Shown in pieces: positions 39,139 to 47,351 of a stretch of DNA of 64,000 bases (position 1 is its first letter; the number at the start of each line of letters is the position of its first letter). The notes below the pieces were generated by a model. It was given only the letters and a program-made list of their open reading frames with translations, made no database searches and was not told the origin of the DNA. Position numbers and translations under genes: made by a program. Origin of the DNA: Pyrinomonadaceae bacterium (GTDB lineage: Bacteria; Acidobacteriota; Blastocatellia; Pyrinomonadales; Pyrinomonadaceae); contig JBGAUY010000007.1 of the NCBI GenBank assembly GCA_044228425.1, positions 2,126-66,125 of the forward strand. The letters are read 5' to 3'.

Positions 39139-41614
39139 CCCCAAGAGCGCCTTCGTTAATATCCTGCAGGTCTTCGTACGCTTTCGCGAGGACGGGCCTC
39201 GCGCGACTAGAGCCGTCCATTTCGCCGATATAACCTTCGCGGACCATGGCGTCGAGGATGGCGGCGGCACGGCCGTAGCCGATACGCAGATGGCGTTGGA
39301 GCAGGCTGGTCGAACCGCGTTTTGCCTGGACGACACATTTGAGGGCGTCGTGAAACAGCGGGTCGCGGCGGCCGGGCAGATCGCCGTCGTCATCAAGCTC
39401 TTCGGGTGAGACGGTGATCGTCTGGTCGTATTCGGGCTTGCCCTGTTTTTTGATAAATTCGACGACCTTGCCGATCTCAGCTTCGTTGACATAGGCTCCG
39501 TGAACGCGGATCACCTGCGAATTGCCTGGCGGCAAAAACAGCATATCGCCGTTACCCAGCAGGCTCTCGGCTCCGTTGCCGTCGATGATCGTGCGGGAAT
39601 CTACTTTTGATGAGACGCGGAAACTAATACGCGACGGGAAATTTGCCTTGATCAGGCCGGTGATGACGTCGACGCTCGGACGCTGCGTCGCAAGCACCAG
39701 ATGAATGCCGACCGCACGTGCCATCTGGGCAAGCCGCGTGATCGATTCCTCTACCTCTTTGCCGCTGACCATCATCAGGTCAGCGAGCTCGTCAATAATA
39801 ATGACGATGTACGGCAAGATGCGGTGCGGATCGCCGTTGTCGTCCCATTGTTCAAGCTCGTTGCGGCGTTTCGCCTCGACGTTGTAACCGGCGATGTTTC
39901 GCACGCCGTACCCCGCCAGGTCTTTATAACGGCGTTCCATCTCGGTAACTGCCCATTTGAGCGAGACGGCGGCACGCTTTGGGTCGGTGATGATCGGCGT
40001 CGCGAGATGCGGGATGTCGGCGTACAGGCCGAGCTCCAAACGCTTTGGATCGACCATGATAAATTTGACTTCGTCGGGCCGTGCTTTATAAAGGATCGAC
40101 ATCACGAGCGTATTTACGCCGACGGATTTACCGGCCCCGGTCGCACCCGCGATCAGCAAATGCGGCATCTTAGCGAGATCGGCGACATAATTTACGCCGT
40201 CGATGGTCTTACCCAACGCCAGCGTCAGCAGCGACGGCGATTCTTTGGCAAACTTTGGCGACTCGATCACGTCACGCAAAAATATCGTCTCGCGTTTAGA
40301 ATTTGGCACCTCGATGCCGACGTAAGCTTTGCCGGGAATGCGGTCGATGCGAATGGATTCGGCCTTGAGAGCAAGGCACAGGTCATCGACGAGGCCCGTC
40401 ACACGCGAATATTTCACGCCCGCGTCGGGCTTGAATTCGTAGGTCGTGACGACCGGGCCTTTTGAAATATTGACGACGCGGCCGCCGACGTTAAATTCGC
40501 CGGTCTTGACCGCAAGCTCTTTGGCGATGGCGAGCAGCTCTTTTTCGTCCTGTTCGATCTTTGCCGCCGGCGGTGTGAGCATGTCGGTCGTAGGCAGTTT
40601 GTAGTTGTCAAAATTTTGCTGAGTGGCAAACGGAGCCTCGTCCGGCTCGTCTTCCTCAATGATCTCCGGCGTCTCGTCAACGATACGCGTTGCTTTTCGA
40701 GTCTTCGGTACAGCTTCATCAAGCTCGGTCAACGGGTCATTTACCTTGAGCGTTTCGTACGGATTGTCTTCGCTGCCTCCATCGATGGTCGGGATTGACG
40801 GCTCGTCGTCAAACAATGGTTCGCTACGTCCTACGGCGGCGGCCGCGGCCATCGCCTCAATGTCACCAACCGAGATCGTAGGCGGGAGCGACTCGGCGAT
40901 CTCACGTTTCTCACGGCGTTTGTCGGCACGCATCTTCGCAGCATCGATCTCAGGCGTACGCTCCGCACGGCGTTTATCACGCCACTCGTCGATGCGGATG
41001 CGTAAGTTTTCCCACGCGACATCAAAATGGCCGAGAAAACCGCCGAGTGTAAAATTTGTAATGAGCAGAAACGAGCTAATAAATACCGCAAACAGCAAAA
41101 TGCCCGCACCGATGCGGCTGATAAAATACGCCGTGCCCTGTGCAGCGGCTTCGCCAACGATCGCTCCGTAACCGCCAAAAAGCGTCGTCAGACCCGCAAG
41201 CGAAATGACAAAAAAGACGAATCCCGCCACACGCAAGAAACGCGGCACGAGCGTATTTGCCTGAAAAACACGCCAAGCTATCAGCCCGATCAACAACGGA
41301 AAGATATAGGCCGTCCAGCCAAAAGTGTTGAACAAAGCGGCAGCAATATTAGCGCCGACCGGCCCGACCCAATTACTGTTCGACGCCGCCCCGCTGCCCG
41401 TTGAAAACCAAGATCGGTCCGCCGGGCTGCTTGTCACGAGCGACAGCAGCACGAGCAAACCAAGCGCCGCGACGATGATCGCGACAACATCATTCCAGAT
41501 CGAATGTTTCGGAGCCTTGCCGCTTTTCTTTTTGAGCAAAGTGGTGCCGTCGGCGAGACAAAAATTAATGTCGTCGTCCTTGTACACTTCATTACATGTC
41601 GGACATGTTTTCAT
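39131..41614 (-). CDS. ftsK: DNA translocase FtsK/SpoIIIE with an extra N-terminal zinc ribbon
   Basis: Walker A is LIAGATGAGKSVGVN, and IVIIIDELADLM, the HLVLATQRPSVDVITG motor and the C-terminal winged-helix gamma domain (LLQRHLRIGYGRAAAILD) are present. The N terminus reads MKTCPTCNEVYKDDDINFCLADG. Confidence 0.95.
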   Translation of the reverse strand: MKTCPTCNEVYKDDDINFCLADGTTLLKKKSGKAPKHSIWNDVVAIIVAALGLLVLLSLVTSSPADRSWFSTGSGAASNSNWVGPVGANIAAALFNTFGWTAYIFPLLIGLIAWRVFQANTLVPRFLRVAGFVFFVISLAGLTTLFGGYGAIVGEAAAQGTAYFISRIGAGILLFAVFISSFLLITNFTLGGFLGHFDVAWENLRIRIDEWRDKRRAERTPEIDAAKMRADKRREKREIAESLPPTISVGDIEAMAAAAAVGRSEPLFDDEPSIPTIDGGSEDNPYETLKVNDPLTELDEAVPKTRKATRIVDETPEIIEEDEPDEAPFATQQNFDNYKLPTTDMLTPPAAKIEQDEKELLAIAKELAVKTGEFNVGGRVVNISKGPVVTTYEFKPDAGVKYSRVTGLVDDLCLALKAESIRIDRIPGKAYVGIEVPNSKRETIFLRDVIESPKFAKESPSLLTLALGKTIDGVNYVADLAKMPHLLIAGATGAGKSVGVNTLVMSILYKARPDEVKFIMVDPKRLELGLYADIPHLATPIITDPKRAAVSLKWAVTEMERRYKDLAGYGVRNIAGYNVEAKRRNELEQWDDNGDPHRILPYIVIIIDELADLMMVSGKEVEESITRLAQMARAVGIHLVLATQRPSVDVITGLIKANFPSRISFRVSSKVDSRTIIDGNGAESLLGNGDMLFLPPGNSQVIRVHGAYVNEAEIGKVVEFIKKQGKPEYDQTITVSPEELDDDGDLPGRRDPLFHDALKCVVQAKRGSTSLLQRHLRIGYGRAAAILDAMVREGYIGEMDGSSRARPVLAKAYEDLQDINEGALGDE

Positions 41615-41681
41615 TGACCGTTTGGAGTACCGACTTTAGGCGGCCTCTACTCGGAGAAAGAGCCGCATAAAGGCGGTACTC

Positions 41682-42781
41682 CTAGCTCGTTCCTTTCTTA
41701 TACATCAAAAATTCCTGAATAAACTCATCGATCTCACCATCCAGGACCGCATCGACGTCCGACGTTTCGTGTTTGGTCCGTGTGTCTTTGACCAATCGAT
41801 ACGGGTGCAGGACGTAATTGCGTATCTGCGAGCCGAACGAAATGTCCTGTTTGGTCGCTTCGAGCTCGGCGGCACCGGCTAGGCGTTTTTCGAGTTCGAG
41901 CTCGTATAGTTTTGACCGCAGCACGTTCATCGCGACCGTTTTATTTTGCAGCTGCGACCGCTGATTCTGACAAGTTACCACAATATTGGTCGGAATATGC
42001 GTAATTCTCACCGCCGAATCGGTCACGTTTACATGCTGGCCGCCCGCACCCGACGAGCGGTAAGTGTCGATACGCAGGTCTTTGTCCTCGATATTGACCT
42101 CGATCGTCTCGTCGATCTCAGGTGAAACAAACATCGATGCGAACGAAGTCTCACGGCTGCCGCCCGAATTGAACGGCGAGATACGAACCAGCCGATGAAC
42201 TCCGGCCTCGGCGGCGAGCAGCCCGTAGGCATAATCGCCTTCGATGCGGAAAGTGGCAGATTTCACACCGGCTTCGCTTCCCGATTGCTCATCGAGGATC
42301 TCCGCCTTAAACCCGCGTTTCTCGGCCCAACGCAGATACATCCGTAGCAGCATCTGTGCAAAATCCTGTGCGTCAGTGCCGCCCGCACCCGACTGTATCG
42401 AGCAGATCGCGTTATTAGCGTCGGTCTCGCCCGATAGCAAACTCCTCGACTTCGGCCGCATCAACCTCTTTCCAGACGCTCGATCAGCGATTCGAGTTCG
42501 CTCGCCGAATCTGCGTCGTCCGCAGCAAATTCAAACAGCACGTCTGCATCAGAGATGGCCGAATCGAACGCCGCATGCCGCGAGAGCTTTCTCTATCCGC
42601 GAACGCATCTGCACCACCTTCTGCGCCGATTCCTGATCGTCCCAAAATCCGGGTGCTGAAATGAGTTTTTCCGATTCGTCCAGCTCTAACTGTTTGGCAG
42701 GCGCGTCAAAGATACCTCCCAAGTTGGGTAACTTTTTCTTTGATCACATCGAGTTTTGTTTTGGAGGTCTGTGAGTTCCAT
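41682..42781 (-). CDS. prfB: Peptide chain release factor 2 (programmed +1 frameshift), with the N-terminal ~110 codons also broken by at least four apparent 1-nt insertions
   Basis: The intact C-terminal ORF carries SGAGGQHVN (GGQ) and ..RISPF (SPF). Upstream I can read MELTDLQNK / [18 protein letters not shown] / [30 protein letters not shown].. only by switching frames. Confidence 0.85.
42705..42720 (-). promoter_or_regulatory. prfB: prfB programmed +1 ribosomal frameshift site
   Basis: The minus strand reads GGGAGG TAT CTT TGA C: an internal SD-like element, a 3-nt spacer, the slippery CTT, and an in-frame TGA followed by C. This is the same architecture as the E. coli site AGGGGG TAT CTT TGA C. 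Confidence 0.88.
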
Positions 42782-43023
42782 TCAGAATATTTTACCGCAG
42801 AGTCAACAAAGGGGGAAACATCTTTTATTCCGGTAGGATTTTTCGGGCCCTCGGGGTGAAAGCGAGAATCAGTGACTCAAATAGAGTCATCCACATCGGC
42901 TACAGCTGGGTTTCCGCCTTTGATCGTATTCGGAACGATAGCAAGTTTCCCAGAGTTATCAATGTTCATACAGCCAATTTCGTCATACACAACCAGTCGC
43001 CATCGGGGTGTTCTTACACCCTG

Positions 43024-44604
43024 CTAGAGCCTTCCGTGGACACATGAATCGACCATCCGTCGGATTTTGAGAGGATGTTCCAGACGCGGGTGTCTTCTGA
43101 CGTAGCTTGCCGTCGGGTCGAGCACTTGACGCCGCAATAACACTGTCCAATCAAATTGTCTGTTGTTTTCGTCGAAAAACCGGCGGTGATGCCGACGTCT
43201 CCATATTTTTAATGAGCCGTCGGATTTTGAAACGGACCAGACGCGGGTTGCTTCCCTGAAACGGCGTCGAGGGGTTTGTTTCGACTGCACGGAAAACTGC
43301 ATTTGCCAGATGCTGACGCAGCACGGGCGTCGGGCCGAGATAGCCGTCGTTGGTCATTTCGATCAGCACGTCGGCTCCATTCCTGACGTATTCGCGGGAA
43401 AGCTGGCCAAAGTGCGATTCGAAACAGATCATCACGCCCGCTTTGGCATCGCCGACCGGCAAGATGTCGTATTCGCGGCCATAGAGAAGCTGCCGACGAA
43501 CGTCGGGACGATCGATTCGAGCGGCACCGGAACTGCCTCGCCGAAAGGCAGCAGATAGATCTTGTCGTATTGCGCGACTGGCTTGCCGTCAGCTCCAATC
43601 ATCATCGCCGAATTAAATATTTTCCCGTTCGTCGCGTCCGCTTCCGGCAGAGTTGAATATCAGGCTGGCGTTGTTCCTCGTCGTAAAATCGCGAATAAAC
43701 TGCTGAAACTCACGGTCGTCGTTGTACATGAAGTTCATCGGGATTCTGGGAGATGATCGTTGCCGGTAGGTCGTTGTTCGTTGATCGTAGCTTTTTGAGC
43801 TCGGCTTCGGCGAGGTCAAGTGGCGCGTTGGCGGAGTTGTTCCAGTTTGGTGTTGATCAACGCCCGACATTGGAACGTTGGGCTGAATGGCCATAACGCG
43901 GGCTGACAGATCATTCTTGATAAGTCCACCGGATGGCGTCAGAAATCGAAGTTCGATATCGGAATCCCCATGAGAAAGAGGACGACTGGTATCAAGCTAA
44001 AAACGCTATCGACTTAAGATCGCGTTCTTCAGTACAATTGCGAAAACCTAAACAGAGGGCATTAAAGATGCCGACCGCAAAGCTTACAAGCAAAACGCCT
44101 CCTGCCTTCGACGCAAGAACTAAGTACCGGCGAATGCCTGCGAATACCCGATCGCGTTCCAGCTATTCCCCGTCAACCAGTAACGCAGAAATTCGGTAAA
44201 CACCCAGACGAACGGAGCGGCGAGGAATGCCCACGAGCTGAATCTTCGGATCAGCACGGCCAGGATCGCGGCGAAGATGGCGGGGAATATTCCTGCGCCG
44301 GAACACGCCAGCATCAGAAAATACGCCAGCGGCCACGGAACGCGGCGTAGTGGATCGGTGCATACGTGAGCCACCAGCACGTGCCGAAAAAGAATGTTGT
44401 TCCAAAAACCCAGCCGACAACGAACGACCGGACGACTGACGCTTTTTCACGCTCGACCGCCAGCATTAGCGGAACCAGAGCGAACCACGCCAGGAACCAG
44501 TATTCGAAATCAGGAAACGCGAATAGGCGCAACACCGCCCCCGCGACCGCGAGCAGCGCATTTTGCCATGTGGGTAATATCCGTTTCACAAATCCGAACG
44601 CCAT
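43024..44604 (-). pseudogene. lnt: Apolipoprotein N-acyltransferase (lnt) split over many frames
   Basis: The N-terminal TM region is split across two frames (..FPDFEYWFLAWFALVPLML.. and ..LAAPFVWVFTEFLRYWLTGNSWN..). The nitrilase-like part (AGVMICFESHFGQLSREYVRNGADVLIEMTNDGYLGPTPVLRQH..RAVETN) sits in further frames. Confidence 0.8.
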
Positions 44605-45244
44605 TCAGATATTCTATCAGGAAATTGGGGCGCTCTATCGGGACGCAGCGTTTTCAAGCGTTTGCCGCAGCAGACCGCGATCATCATTGCGTTAGTCTAA
44701 TTTCCTTCATCACGCCGTGGCGGAAAGAACAAAAGTAAGGGCAAATTGACCGCATAATCGGTCGAAATGACGAACATACAAATTCCGTCAGATTCGAGTG
44801 ACAGATTCTGTCAATCAGCGTAAATCGACAGATTTTCGGTCAGGTCATAATGCCCGAATGCGTTGATACGGTGTGAAATCGAAACAATTCAGATTGAACG
44901 AAGATCACTGGTTTGCTCAAATATCCAATAAATACAGGTTTAGAAAGAGGAAAGTCCGGTCATTTTTAGACCGGACTCGAAAGGACAACTGGAGGAACGC
45001 TCGGAAGGTGTAATCACACTGATGGCGTACCCACTCTGAGTAGTGATGGCGGCGGGGTCTTGAACAAGCGACCAAGCTGGCCGCAGATGGCAAAAGCACA
45101 TAGCGTGCCACAGAATCAGCGAATAGTGGAAAGTGAAAAGTGAAAGTGACGGAAAAGAGATATGCCTGTACTTACGGGCTAATTCTGCAAAATAAATTTT
45201 TGGAACATCGTTGGTCTTAGACTAAAGGACGTAAAGACTTGTCG

Positions 45245-47056
45245 CTACTGACGTTTTGCGCTATTTTGAGCAGCGTTCTGACAGTCTTTGTAACGCAGCG
45301 GCGTCGGCGTTCTCTTTGTCGATCTCTCCGTGGCGGAGGCGGCGTAGTTCTTTGCTTGCAGGCAATCGCCTTTTTCGACGTAGATCTTGCCGAGCGAAAC
45401 GTGAGCTTCGATCAGCTTGTTATCCCAAAAGATCGAGGTCTTGAACGAACTGATCGCCTGGTCTTTGTCGCCGCGGCGAAGGTGTATCTTACCGAGCAAA
45501 AAAGATAGCTCTCAGCGGACATCGGTTCACTCGCGAGCACCCGGCGGAGGGTGGTCATTGCCTCGTCGTCATTGCCATTCTTGATAAATGTGCTTGCCTG
45601 AGCAAGCAGGCTGTCAGTCTCGTTGATCTGCCGGGCTGTGGTTGTTGGATAATGGCGGCTGAGGACGACGGCAACAAAATCCTTCCGAGCCGGCTGCTCG
45701 ACACGCAGTCCGATATCGGTAAAGCTTTTGCGTTTTTGCCACTCGGTCTCAAGCTTTGCATAACGATTGTTATCCGTGAGAAATCGCTGAGCCTGATTGA
45801 GATGTCCTGCACGGTCGGATCTTTGAGCGCATCGAGAACTTTGTGAGCACAAAATAAGCCTCGCTGTCACGCGGATTCGCGACGATCGAAGTGCTTATCT
45901 GGCTGGCGGCTTCGGTCATGTTGCCGAGCTGGAACAGTGCCATCGCATAATTAAAGCGGATGCTGCCGTTCTCGGGAGCCGAATCCGATGCCTTTAGAAG
46001 ATCGGCACCTTCCGTCAACAATGCGGCGGCCTTGGCCGGATTTTTCTTTTCGGCGCGTGAACCTTGTACCGAGATCGCCCCCAGAGCGTTATAGACGGTG
46101 GTCAGTTTCAGATCGTCGGCCAGCGGTTGCAGTGTCGCGAGCGCGGATTCGAAATTGCCCTGCTGTAAAAACAACAGCCCGATATAAAACGACGCCTCGG
46201 CAAAGCTCTCGTCGCTGCATTGCGGCGGCTTTTTCTCGGCCTTAGCCTTGTCGCGGCAGTTCTGGTTTGTGCTGATGACGCGTTCGAACGAATTGATCGC
46301 GTCGTTGCCCTTTCGCTGGCTGAGATACAAATGTCCCAATTCGAGTTCGGCCTCAGCATACATACCGTCGGGCGTCGCTTCTGAGTAAAGCCTTGAGGCG
46401 TTCTTAAAGAAATTTTCACGTGACGCGGGTGTCGTTGTCAGCAGGCCTTTGATGTACGCCTCAAAAGCACGTGCAGGCACCTTGTTTGCCGCCTCGATCA
46501 GCTGATTTTGCGAAAACGGCAGCGATTTGTCGCGTTGGTAAAGTATCTGATATGCGATCTGGCCCTGGATAGTCTGCAAATTGCCGAGGGCATCGTTGAC
46601 GCTAATATCGCGGGTGATCAGTTTGCCGTCGATGACCTCACTCATAAAACGGCCTTCGCTGACACGGATGATCTTTGCCGTTACATTGATCGTCGCGGCG
46701 GTATCCGCTCCGGCCGGGACGATGTTATAACGTCCGGCTATGAGCAGCGTCGCCTGTGATTCGCGGGCGAGTTTGAGCGATGTCGCGAGACTCGGCAGTG
46801 TTGTTAGCGGGATTCGAAGCTTTTGTTGAATGAGCTTACGCTCTTCATTGGTAATTACGTTTAGCGTGGGAACTTTTAATAGATCAGACAGCGAATCGGC
46901 AAAACTCTCGCCGACCCAGTTAAACTCGGCCTTGCCCGACGTATTTTCAAAGGGCAGCACTAGCACGACATCTGCTCCGGTCTGCGGTGCCTGGGCCATG
47001 GCGCCCATGGCAAATAGCGTTGCAACGATAAAAATATAAATAGCCCTTTTCAGCAT
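45245..47056 (-). pseudogene. Secreted TPR-repeat protein, intact for about 400 codons, with the 3' third in at least three frames
   Basis: The 428 aa ORF has a signal peptide and TPR-like AxxxY/G patterns. It continues in the ORFs at 45412-45870 and 45245-45499 (..LGKIHLRRGDKDQAISSFKTSIFWDNKLIEAHVSLGKIY..). Confidence 0.72.
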
Positions 47057-47064
47057 ATCGACCC

Positions 47065-47098
47065 CAAAAATAAAAATTCGCTCGTGTTGCGAGCGAAT
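47065..47098 (-). terminator. Intrinsic terminator downstream of tRNA-Glu
   Basis: The minus strand reads ATTCGCTCG-caaca-CGAGCGAAT followed by TTTTTATTTTT. Confidence 0.65.
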
Positions 47099-47138
47099 CT
47101 ATACCAACTGTTTATGATGCGAGTTTACCAATAAAAGA

Positions 47139-47213
47139 TGGTATCCGGTACGGGATTTGAACCCGTGTTGCCGCCGTGAAAGGGCGGTGTCCTAACCCCT
47201 AGACGAACCGGAC
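47139..47213 (-). tRNA. tRNA-Glu (anticodon UUC)
   Basis: GTCCGGTTCGTCTAGGGGTTAGGACACCGCCCTTTCACGGCGGCAACACGGGTTCAAATCCCGTACCGGATACCA gives a cloverleaf colinear with E. coli tRNA-Glu, and CCA is encoded. Confidence 0.95.
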
Positions 47214-47246
47214 ACAAACGTTTCGCCTGCCCGCAAGCGAACGATA

Positions 47247-47275
47247 AGAATATCTAACGGTCAATTTGTTGTCAA
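47247..47275 (-). promoter_or_regulatory. Candidate sigma-70 promoter for tRNA-Glu
   Basis: The minus strand reads TTGACA-N17-TATTCT, about 35 nt upstream of the mature tRNA 5' end. Confidence 0.45.
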
Positions 47276-47351
47276 ACTGCATTGTGTGACCGTTCGCGGC
47301 TTGTATCACAAACGGCCTTTATCTATCATCAATTGTTAAGGTAACAACCAG

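Noticed and set aside
42856-43047. The 63 aa plus-strand ORF in the lnt-prfB spacer
   Set aside because: It has a GTG start with no supporting signals and poor composition. It lies antisense to the lnt end and the prfB leader.
43024-43302. A WD40-like reading (TRVW..SKSDGSLKIW) suggesting a separate small beta-propeller gene between lnt and prfB
   Set aside because: Only about 90 codons are available, the two motif copies are in different frames, and the spacing does not fit a 40-residue WD repeat. The segment lies where the Lnt C terminus is expected, in the error-prone zone.
44947-44959. GAGGAAAGTCCGG, an exact match to the conserved P4 5' strand of bacterial RNase P RNA, which suggests rnpB
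   Set aside because: The 13-mer is closed immediately by its own complement 11 nt later. No P4 3' strand (ACAGAAnCCGGCUUA) can pair with it. No GGUAAGAGC / GGUGAAAGGGUG core is in the right order, and there are no GC-rich P1-P3 helices upstream. The candidate segment is also far too short (about 170 nt). I kept it only as part of the structured-region finding.
45100-45130. The minus-strand GCTGATTCTGTGG resembles the GCUGAUUCUGGAUUCGAC 5' region of tmRNA
   Set aside because: There is no tag-peptide reading frame ending in ..AA-stop, no T-arm (GGTTCGAATCC) and no CCA-ending acceptor nearby.
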